Source: a virus
DNA length: 64,000 nucleotides
Virus record (IMG/VR): IMGVR_UViG_3300032294_001558
Strand: one strand, 5' to 3'
Position 1 is the first letter of the stretch. Every line of letters begins with the position of its first letter. The notes beneath the pieces are model-generated. The model was not told the origin of the DNA, did not search any database, and saw nothing but the letters and a program-made list of their open reading frames with translations. A program made the position numbers and the translations under genes. Shown here in pieces: positions 20,101 through 27,503 of the stretch.

Positions 20101-22734
20101 CTAGAAGGCCGTGTGCCTCTTCGTATCCGCGAAAAGTTGGTGGATTCTCTGGCCCCTATGGAGGATTGGTTTGTCAACGCCTATGGCGGGCAAATCCGCA
20201 CTGCTAGCGGGCGGCTGAACCCGATGGTGCTACTCTCGCGCGCCCTTGATGCGCTTCGTATAAGCAAAGCTGCGCAGATTGAAGGCGGACTTAGCCGAGA
20301 AGACGGACTTATCGTTGCCACGGAGCTAAAAGACGCAAACGGGCGTTCTGTCAGCTATTCTGGAGTACTTAATCGTATTGCCGATGCCGCTAAAGCAGAG
20401 GGCAAGACCTATGAGGACTACCGTAATACGATTGACAATATTCTGTACGGGCACCGCGAATTTTACTTGCGCCAAAAGAACCGTGAGATTGAGCAACAAG
20501 CACAAGCCCTAGATGACGCCGGGAAGGCAGACAAAGCGAAAACGCTCCGTGAAGGCATCGTAGAGTTGTACCTTACCGATGAACAGATCGATAGGGCGGA
20601 GACAGCGTTCCAACAAGACGACTTCATCAAAGGTGTTCTGTCCGATCTTGATACTGTCCGGTTTAATATGCTAGATATGCTGGTGGAAACTAGTCGTATC
20701 AGTAAAGAGCAAGCGCAAGACTACAAAGATAACCTAGGCTATATTCCATTTGAGCGCATCGGCGAGTACGAAAACCAATGGACACAGGCGACTCGGGGGG
20801 CCAACCGTGGCGTTGCCGCACTAAGGAAGCTCAGGCAGCTAGAAGGTAGCAAGCGGAAGTCCACGTCGGTCGTCGAAAACTTCTCCGGGTTCATGGATTG
20901 GGCTACCAAGGAGGCGATGAAGAACGAAGCGGCTAGACGTGCCCTGGGGGATATGGAACTGCTCGGCGCTGCCCAACGCCGCGAACAGCCCCCCGCTACG
21001 GACTCCCCAGGTGGCATGGTCGATGTCTACGAAGACGGGCAGAAGGTTAGGTTCTACGTACCCGACCCGGCGCATCTGGTCACTTTTAGTCTTGCTGACC
21101 CCCAACTGTCCAACATCATCAAGGGACTTTCGCAGGCCACGCGCCTACTCCGCGCGGGCGTGACTTCGATGCCGCCGTTTGCTATCAAGCAGATTTTTGA
21201 CGATGTGGTCCGTGCCTATACCTACGCTGGAGTCAAGGACAATAAAACGCTTGTTAAGAACGTACTGTCGAACTTTCCTAAGCTGTGGCTTAGCGAACTT
21301 CGCAGCCAGAAAACCGCTGGTATCCGAGAACTAGAGAACCTTGGTATTGTTGGTACATACGACGTTACTCAGCACACTAATCTTAAAGACGTTCTGAAAG
21401 AGTCAGGTGCGGAGAAAGAAGGGCTTGGCAGTGCCATCCTGCGTGTGATGGAGGCTGGTGCCAAAGCGTCTGACCTCGCCGTGCGTAAAGCGATCTATGA
21501 CCAAGTACTGACGGAAACTGGCGATACGGCGCAAGCCGAGTCCGCAGCGCGAGAGATTATCAACTTCAGCCGTCGTGGATCATCGCGCATGATGAACATG
21601 ATGATCAGCATCATCCCCTTCTTCAACGCCTATGCGCAAGGCATGGACAAGCTGGCGTCTGCTGCCGCTGGCGGGCTTGTAGGTAAGAAAACGGGCACTG
21701 CACGGAGCATGTTCTACAAGCGCATGATGGTGCTGACTGCTATGGGCACGGCTTATGCGCTGTTGATGTCAGACGACGAGGAATACGAAAAACTCCCCGA
21801 CCACGTGCGGGATACCAACTGGGTGCTGCCTTACGGCAAGGCGCTCGGGTTCACCCCTGCCATCCCCATCCCGGCGGAACTTGCGTTCTTTTTCAAAGCG
21901 ATCCCCGAACGAGTTCTGCGGTACTACAAGTACCAGGGTACTGAAGACGAGCGCGCCGCTATTGATGTGCTAAAAGAGTTGACAAAGCGCGGGGTTGATG
22001 TTTTCTCGTCTCCGAATTTGATGGCCCAAGGTATTCGGCCGCTTGTGGAGAACTTGATCAACTACTCGTTCTTCCTTGGTCGGCCGCTAGAGAGTCAGTC
22101 TCAGCTTGCTCTGCGTCCGTTTGAACGCTACGGTACCGGCACGTCTGAGAGTATGAAGGCAGTCGGTAGCTTGCTCGAAGACGCAGCCAACGCAACTGGT
22201 ATAGAGACCTTCGCCATCTCTCCGATTAAATTGGAGAACGCGTTGCGGGGACTTTTTGGCACTTCAATGGGTCTTGCGCTGTCTGTCAGTGACGCACTGC
22301 TTTACCCAAACCGTACAGACCGCCCGCTTCATCAGCAAATCGGGGCGCAAATTACTGGCGTAAGCGCTGTGATGAAAGACCCAGTAGGTACGCGGTTCAT
22401 GGATGAGATTTACGATCTAGAAAAGCGGACTGCGCAAGTCTATGGGACGTACAACCGTATGCTCAAGACTAAGCCCGAAGAAGCCGAGGTGTTCCTTCTG
22501 GATAATATAGGCATATATTCGATCCGGCCGCAGGTTCAGTCTTTGATGGAGACCATCCGCGTGATGAACGAATCGACGCAGGCCATCAACCGAGACACCT
22601 CGCTCAGCCCCGAGGAGCGCCGCAAGCTCATCGATGACTTACGGGCGGAGCAGAACGACATCGCTCGTCAGGTTTGGCAGTTGCGCCGGGAGGCGCGGAA
22701 CATTCAACTGGGGCTGGTGGCCCCGTCCTCGTAA
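17176..22734 (+). CDS. giant polyvalent internal virion / DNA-ejection protein with zincin HExxH motif
   Basis: 1852-aa uninterrupted ORF and last gene of the + block. A/P/E-rich linkers. FHELFH at 19603..19617. Confidence 0.7.
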   Translation: MAYAIRLPDGTLVQNIPDEVTPQEAKRRILAAGLYKPPTPETTVLGEAKELFKGLVPGAVGLVESAATGASALLPEQTEKAVREKIASIAGAAKAPFAAAPGYEEAVGRKLGEAIGSTAPFLVAGPLGLAGKVGAVGLGVGAGAGEARTRAEKEGATAEQRSTATALGIIPGAAEVFAPFRILSRIPESAKAQGVQLVKRALVAGGEEAAQEAASGFAQNLIAKGVYKPEQELIEGLGAQAAYGGATGAIVQGLMDLALGRRARAARTAPEESPIERAEREATAKAAAAPPAPPAEEPTPSAVEAPAPPVEEPTVRKKGEPPATGLQPDEITGLGVTKKQPIFRRMLGKDMADPAQRDAVLADIEKYLTRGNGSEESRAKLTEFKERFAPPAAETPTPPAAEAAPPAPTETPSATGTVEPSSGAGVAVAGESSTGAAPGGVEVTEPTGVVPPVADVGEPAAGEGAEPGAVAPPPAAAPETAVEPIAPVAETPAAPAPAPKRKVLKGSVENQVKALGINAAQGGAPDPKVVRETLEPIDPKMARAVMFYLGVDYNGNFLVGANNLPQTPSAQKAGQMAGLGKNSGDRVKKVAAALGITGGIRRKYQASQTDAVVTGRAVSEAGTGADVESAKTGLITEQSWYEPIARKGIEQVNDTELARVAVKADRFLKNRANEPTHAAIMAEVQNRAKRPEFRSALKREFGIASEEATVEEGTPGTEDAVDEDDGPTYRSIPQTPVITDRASHAELEKVVADIEKALGGQVDVVILDDVTDVDAKQASGTRAGALIKGQIYLFRSGIAKGLEGQKTVFHELFHKGLKNLLPEAEYRATMNRFYSQSADIRAMADAYLASDAGKQDTKNLSPQDARVLAVEESLAEVAEQTDLKPTLVRQVGGFLARVADRLGMPQLARAIRTMGLNEQEKFIRDALQAGLGPTTGEGATRFRTTITPEAEATAKDLDAIGERKQRGVVQKIGKQLEGRVPLRIREKLVDSLAPMEDWFVNAYGGQIRTASGRLNPMVLLSRALDALRISKAAQIEGGLSREDGLIVATELKDANGRSVSYSGVLNRIADAAKAEGKTYEDYRNTIDNILYGHREFYLRQKNREIEQQAQALDDAGKADKAKTLREGIVELYLTDEQIDRAETAFQQDDFIKGVLSDLDTVRFNMLDMLVETSRISKEQAQDYKDNLGYIPFERIGEYENQWTQATRGANRGVAALRKLRQLEGSKRKSTSVVENFSGFMDWATKEAMKNEAARRALGDMELLGAAQRREQPPATDSPGGMVDVYEDGQKVRFYVPDPAHLVTFSLADPQLSNIIKGLSQATRLLRAGVTSMPPFAIKQIFDDVVRAYTYAGVKDNKTLVKNVLSNFPKLWLSELRSQKTAGIRELENLGIVGTYDVTQHTNLKDVLKESGAEKEGLGSAILRVMEAGAKASDLAVRKAIYDQVLTETGDTAQAESAAREIINFSRRGSSRMMNMMISIIPFFNAYAQGMDKLASAAAGGLVGKKTGTARSMFYKRMMVLTAMGTAYALLMSDDEEYEKLPDHVRDTNWVLPYGKALGFTPAIPIPAELAFFFKAIPERVLRYYKYQGTEDERAAIDVLKELTKRGVDVFSSPNLMAQGIRPLVENLINYSFFLGRPLESQSQLALRPFERYGTGTSESMKAVGSLLEDAANATGIETFAISPIKLENALRGLFGTSMGLALSVSDALLYPNRTDRPLHQQIGAQITGVSAVMKDPVGTRFMDEIYDLEKRTAQVYGTYNRMLKTKPEEAEVFLLDNIGIYSIRPQVQSLMETIRVMNESTQAINRDTSLSPEERRKLIDDLRAEQNDIARQVWQLRREARNIQLGLVAPSS

Positions 22735-22771
22735 AAAAGCCCCGGGCCGGACAGCAGCCGTAACCCGGGGC
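22733..22771 (-). terminator. convergent (probably bidirectional) intrinsic terminator
   Basis: GCCCCGGG-17 nt-CCCGGGGC hairpin (22739..22771). Flanked by an A6 run on the + strand, which is a T-run after the hairpin on the - strand. Lies between the ends of the + and - blocks. Confidence 0.5.
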
Positions 22772-22816
22772 GAATAGGAGGAGAAACGCTGGCAACTGCA
22801 CCGCCAGCGGGGCCGA

Positions 22817-23041
22817 TCATACAACGCGCCAGACTCGGATGCCAAGCATCCCGGACTCGATTCTTTCGACGTAAGTCATCCCGTATTTCTTTTTAGAGTA
22901 GTACCGGGAAACTGCGGTGAAAGCTTTTTTTGGTGTCAAAGTAGGCAAGAAAAAACTATCGTTTACCGCCATATTATCCGGCACTCGATAGTTAACACCG
23001 CTTATTTTAAGCGGCTTTTGTACTACTGGCGGCTGTAGCAT
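22817..23041 (-). CDS. hypothetical protein, paralog of 39605..39853
   Basis: 74 aa. Shares M.(V/I).DSF(F/L) and C-terminal GIRVWR with the 39605 ORF. Confidence 0.45.
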   Translation of the reverse strand: MLQPPVVQKPLKISGVNYRVPDNMAVNDSFFLPTLTPKKAFTAVSRYYSKKKYGMTYVERIESGMLGIRVWRVV

Positions 23042-25835
23042 CGTCTGTTAGCCCGAGCACTTGGGCGGCATCTTTAATGCAGTACGCACTGACTGGACCA
23101 AAGTCGGTGTCCCACCCTGCCCCCATACGCTTCTTGATTAGCTCAACTTCGCGTCCGGTCTCTTCATTAAAGAGAACGCGAATCTCTTTGGCGTTGATGT
23201 AGTTATCTGCGCACCAACGCGTAAAGTCTTTTTGGACAATAAACAGGGTCTTAGTGTCTGGCTCGTACCGCACCACCAACCTACCCTTAGGCTTCATATA
23301 CGGCTCGTTCTGCAACCCGTTGCTGCGCTGTTTAGAGTCGATAGTCAGCATGTTGTTGATGTTGTTGTTGATGAACGCAGCAAAAGTCTCGACAGCCCTA
23401 GTAGACTGTGACTGCATATCTGCGCCAGACTTTTTGACGACTGTAAGAATCTGCGCGGCGATTCTCGATATGTTGAAAGAGGTCAGTCCCAAAGTGTTAG
23501 TTATCACGCCCGCCGCCAGCGCGCAAACCACTTGGTTCAGCTTATACCGCTCTGTCTGAGTCCACGTGTGCTCCAGATAGACCCAATCGCGAGTCTGCTC
23601 CCATACTCGCTGTACATACTCAATGTTCGAGACTACAAACGATATGAACAACGGCCCTGCGTGTCCGTAGTTGTCCTCAAGCTGGTTAAATACTTTCTGC
23701 GCGCCGAGAACATCATCAGGAACGGGTGTCCGGAGATGGATCTCAATAACACGGGCCATCTCCCCTTGCGGATCGAACTTGATTATTCCGAGCCTGTCTT
23801 CAATACTTGTGTTGCTTGACCAGATGCTGTTGCCCTTCCAAGTAATGTCGTTATGCCGCTCAGCGTTCTCCCCAGCCTTCATACGGTCCCGCGCTCGACC
23901 TTGCGTACTGCCGTAGAGAAGCACCGACATCTCCTCTGGCTTTGTATTGGTCATCTCATCGAGGGTCATAGCAATACCGTTCAAAACCCCCATTCTATGG
24001 ACCTTGGATAGATGGGTGTCTTGCGCGTCTTTCATCATCGCAGACGGGTTAGCGAAGATGGAGTTGATCATTTTTAGAATAGTGGTTTTCCCGGTGCCAC
24101 TTTTCTTAGAGAAGTAATTCAACACCCCGCCGTTCTCCGGCGAGAAATGCATCAACATACTGCCAAACCCAGTGAGCAGTCCGTAGGCGTGCAGATCACA
24201 CTCAGGGCGGTTGTACATATCCACGACCCGCTTCCAGCCCTCCAGCGTGCCTTTCGGCCTGAACCAGTCTAGATATCTATCAAGTGAGCGCGCTGCTGGA
24301 GTGTATTTAATACCCTTGTCTGTATACTCCCTATCACCAGCGATGAATGTGTTGTGCTTTGTCCAACCAAACCTCGCGTGTACGGCGTCTGCCTTGGTAG
24401 AAAGCTGCAAATCCTGAATAGAACGGGCAAAATAGTGTTGTAGCTGCTGTAGTTGCTTTTGGTTGTAAGTGGTGACGCCTTGCTCGTTCAGCTTGTCCCG
24501 AAGTTTTTCAGGAGCAGCGAATTCTTTCTGACTCATCATGAAGTCACGGACACCGTCGTTTGGCAAGTGGTGCCTCAACCACAGCACGTCCCCTAGCTCT
24601 GAGTCGCGCATCCGCTTATAGATGTACAGGTCATGTGGGTACACCAGTTCGTATTCTTCTGGTGTGTCACCGTCATCGTCCCCCGACTTTTCCTTGTGCT
24701 TGACCATATACACGCCCCCATGCTTACCGCGAAGGTACGGCCACGGGTACGCGGGGATGTCGTAACGCCTCCCCCCTGCTTCAACAAAAGGCTTTTCTTC
24801 TACTCTCTGTAGGGCGATGGTGGCGCCAAGCTGGATAGGTGATGTGATCTTCCCTCCATGCGGGCAGCCAACGCAAAGCTCGGGACGGTCTAGAGACTGG
24901 AACGTCTCGCAGGTATAGGGGCCCTTCGTGAGGGCAGCTTTCCTCTCTGTCTCTTCGGGGCTGTAGTCAGGATGCCCCTTAGACACTTCGTGGATCGCCC
25001 AATCGCGGTCGTCGCACTGTTCGGCGATAGACAGCACCCCGCGCCAGCAAGGCTCCGTGACATTCTCTGGATGCTTGATGGCTTCAGCAATCTGCGCGCA
25101 GCCTTGGCCTTTGGTGGACTTGATCCAGATGGTTTCAAATTTACTAATCCGGTTATCCCACCCAGCCAGTGTCTTAGTGATATTACTTAGCTTAGGTCTG
25201 CTTACCGTAGCGACAGGGGTAGGCGGTACTGCTACGTTGTTAAGGATACCGGCTAGTTTATCAAAGCTGTAGTGAACAACATCTGTCAGTAGAACTACTT
25301 GTGCGCCATTTTTTTGGTTGATCGTATCAGGGATACGTAGCACACGAACGACGTCCGCAGTACAGCCACCGTCTACGCTGAATCTTTCTGCTTTGCACAG
25401 CGCTTTCAGTCGCTCGGCTGCTTCAGTCCATTGGTGGACCGGCACCGCATCAGTAAATATCCAATGGGCGTGGTATCCATTACCAGAATCGACGATTGTT
25501 GGTTTCGGTAGTTTTACCTTTTTGCAGAACTCTTTTAGAGCCTGCATTGCTTCTGTTTTGTTGCTGTACGGCTTACGGTCGCCGCAATCAACGTCTATAT
25601 ACAGTTCTCTCTTAGCTACAGCGTTTATAGCTTCGGCAGTTGTACCAGACCCAAACCCCGCTGTTGCGTAGTATACGTCAACATCTTTTGGTAGTCCTTG
25701 CTTGATGTTTTCAACCATCTCTGAAGGACTGTTAAAGAATCGATTGAACGCGGTCTTGGTCTTCCTGTTTACGAATCTAAGAGAGTACCGTGCCCTTTCT
25801 GGGAGAATGCCTTGTAGGAAATCCAATTGGGACAT
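23007..25835 (-). CDS. bifunctional primase-polymerase / SF3 (D5-like) helicase
   Basis: 942 aa. N-terminal prim-pol-like LYIDVDCGD...SGNGYHAHW. Walker A is SKKSGTGKTT, followed by TLDEM. Confidence 0.75.
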   Translation of the reverse strand: MSQLDFLQGILPERARYSLRFVNRKTKTAFNRFFNSPSEMVENIKQGLPKDVDVYYATAGFGSGTTAEAINAVAKRELYIDVDCGDRKPYSNKTEAMQALKEFCKKVKLPKPTIVDSGNGYHAHWIFTDAVPVHQWTEAAERLKALCKAERFSVDGGCTADVVRVLRIPDTINQKNGAQVVLLTDVVHYSFDKLAGILNNVAVPPTPVATVSRPKLSNITKTLAGWDNRISKFETIWIKSTKGQGCAQIAEAIKHPENVTEPCWRGVLSIAEQCDDRDWAIHEVSKGHPDYSPEETERKAALTKGPYTCETFQSLDRPELCVGCPHGGKITSPIQLGATIALQRVEEKPFVEAGGRRYDIPAYPWPYLRGKHGGVYMVKHKEKSGDDDGDTPEEYELVYPHDLYIYKRMRDSELGDVLWLRHHLPNDGVRDFMMSQKEFAAPEKLRDKLNEQGVTTYNQKQLQQLQHYFARSIQDLQLSTKADAVHARFGWTKHNTFIAGDREYTDKGIKYTPAARSLDRYLDWFRPKGTLEGWKRVVDMYNRPECDLHAYGLLTGFGSMLMHFSPENGGVLNYFSKKSGTGKTTILKMINSIFANPSAMMKDAQDTHLSKVHRMGVLNGIAMTLDEMTNTKPEEMSVLLYGSTQGRARDRMKAGENAERHNDITWKGNSIWSSNTSIEDRLGIIKFDPQGEMARVIEIHLRTPVPDDVLGAQKVFNQLEDNYGHAGPLFISFVVSNIEYVQRVWEQTRDWVYLEHTWTQTERYKLNQVVCALAAGVITNTLGLTSFNISRIAAQILTVVKKSGADMQSQSTRAVETFAAFINNNINNMLTIDSKQRSNGLQNEPYMKPKGRLVVRYEPDTKTLFIVQKDFTRWCADNYINAKEIRVLFNEETGREVELIKKRMGAGWDTDFGPVSAYCIKDAAQVLGLTDDATAASSTKAA

Positions 25836-25877
25836 GACGACACGGGGTTAGCCGCGCAGGCGCAGCGGGGCAGGCAA

Positions 25878-26111
25878 TCAAGCCGGGGTGAGCCGCGAAC
25901 GATAGTACGCCGCGACCTTGGGGCGCAAGTGCTTTCCCACCTCTCGCTTGCCCGAGAACCACTGGTAGACAGCAGCCTTGCAGACACCAAGGTCAAGGCA
26001 GACCTGGGTCACAGGAATCTGCCTGGAGATACACAAGCGCCCCAAGGAGACCCCGAGACGTTCGGGGTCAGCCTCCGCATTCAGCCTGACGATCTTGGCT
26101 GAATACGGCAT
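25878..26111 (-). CDS. small HTH DNA-binding protein
   Basis: ATG 26111 lies 1 nt after the upstream stop. VTQVCLDLGVCKAAVYQWFSGKR is HTH-like. Confidence 0.45.
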   Translation of the reverse strand: MPYSAKIVRLNAEADPERLGVSLGRLCISRQIPVTQVCLDLGVCKAAVYQWFSGKREVGKHLRPKVAAYYRSRLTPA

Positions 26112-26112
26112 C

Positions 26113-27054
26113 TCAGTCGTCAGAGTCGGCGGCCCACTCACTCAGGATCGACTGCACGCTCACGGGTGCAGCGGTGGCCTTGGATTCCTTGACGGTGGGC
26201 TCGTCGGGATCTGTGGCGACGGGCGGCTTCACCTTGGCCTTCACAACGGGCGTAGCGGGCGCTGCGGGCGGTTGGGCGGCTGCCTTGGGCTGCACGAACA
26301 CAGGCTGTTCGGTGGGCGCAGCGGGTGCCTCGGGGGTGCCATCAATTTCCGCCACCGTCATAGTGACTGCATCGATAGCTGCCTGATCATCCATACGAGC
26401 GATGACCTGTGCCCACTCAGCCTCTTCCAACGGGCGCACAGCAGAGAAAACGAGCTTCATGTTCGCCGAAGTATCGAAACGCATCTCCGTGACAACCGCG
26501 TTGACTTCGATCCCATGCCCGCCAAGGAACCGCGCGTACTGCTGGAGCCCCATCTTACGCCCTTCGCCTTGTGCAAAAAGACTGCTAGCGTTGATGTTCA
26601 TGGCGAAAATGTCGCCTTCCATATCCGATGCGAGCAGCACAGCCAGACGCCGGCTATAACGGCACGCTTTGGACTCGCCTTGCCCAGAGCCCTTGATATC
26701 CTGCGGGCAACCGTTGCAGGTCTTGTGCTGCGGGGTCTTGACGTTCTCGTGCGGCTTGACGCTATCGTCGGACCAGCAGACAGGGCGTGACTTCACGCCT
26801 TTTTCGTATTGTCCCCCGTAGTAAGTGCGAGCGTTGGCCTCGGCGGCACGAACAATCACGACGTTCATTGCGCGGTCTTCGTTGACAGCCACGGGCTTGC
26901 CGCCGACCATCATGGTGAAGACGTTGTTCTCAATACTGATCCGCTTACTGTTTCCGCCCCCCATGAGGGACTTAGTAAGATCGCTCAGTTGCCCACGACG
27001 AAGATGCGGAGGCAGAACATTACCGGATTGAAACAGGGTGAGTTCAGACGACAT
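26113..27054 (-). CDS. putative ssDNA-binding protein
   Basis: 313 aa. Cys cluster CNGCP...C. A/P-rich linker and acidic tail ...EWAADSDD, as in phage SSBs. Sits in the replication module. Confidence 0.45.
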   Translation of the reverse strand: MSSELTLFQSGNVLPPHLRRGQLSDLTKSLMGGGNSKRISIENNVFTMMVGGKPVAVNEDRAMNVVIVRAAEANARTYYGGQYEKGVKSRPVCWSDDSVKPHENVKTPQHKTCNGCPQDIKGSGQGESKACRYSRRLAVLLASDMEGDIFAMNINASSLFAQGEGRKMGLQQYARFLGGHGIEVNAVVTEMRFDTSANMKLVFSAVRPLEEAEWAQVIARMDDQAAIDAVTMTVAEIDGTPEAPAAPTEQPVFVQPKAAAQPPAAPATPVVKAKVKPPVATDPDEPTVKESKATAAPVSVQSILSEWAADSDD

Positions 27055-27055
27055 A

Positions 27056-27463
27056 TTAAGACCTTCTAACGGTTACAGTGTACTTTGACTCGACATTCAT
27101 GCCTTTTGGCATCTTGTCAGGGTTAGACTTTAGGAATTCACTCATCGCGCGTTGCGCGATGCGCCGTTCAAGCAAATCTAGCGCGTTGTTCTCCTCGATA
27201 AACTTATGCATCGCCTCCCAATCAGATGTCCAGTAGCGGGTAGATACCCCACGAATAACTACACCAACACCGGGGATGCTGACATTGCCCCCCGCGCGCT
27301 TGCAGGTTTCAAGTAGGAATCCCTCTATCACTTCCATCTGGTCTTTGATCTTCTTATCTTCTTCTTCATATTTTGCCGACAGAGCACTACGTGCTTCTCG
27401 CATCTTTAAATACGCTCTGACCAGTACTGGTGTCGGCGGCAGTTCACTGTGCGTCTCTTGCAT
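27056..27463 (-). CDS. hypothetical replication-module protein
   Basis: 135-aa ORF packed between the helicase and the SSB-like gene. Confidence 0.45.
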   Translation of the reverse strand: MQETHSELPPTPVLVRAYLKMREARSALSAKYEEEDKKIKDQMEVIEGFLLETCKRAGGNVSIPGVGVVIRGVSTRYWTSDWEAMHKFIEENNALDLLERRIAQRAMSEFLKSNPDKMPKGMNVESKYTVTVRRS

Positions 27464-27503
27464 TGGGGCCTCCTAGACAGACTCGTAGTTTACATGAAAA
27501 CTT

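Noticed and set aside
25978-26790. The 270-aa + strand ORF opposite the SSB-like gene, plus other large shadow ORFs: 46275..47126 (+), 47123..47941 (+), 50826..51635 (+), 55941..57356 (-), 59673..60599 (-) and 60600..61295 (-).
   Set aside because: These are shadow ORFs antisense to well-supported genes or spanning several of them. They have Arg/Gly/His-rich junk composition and no SD.
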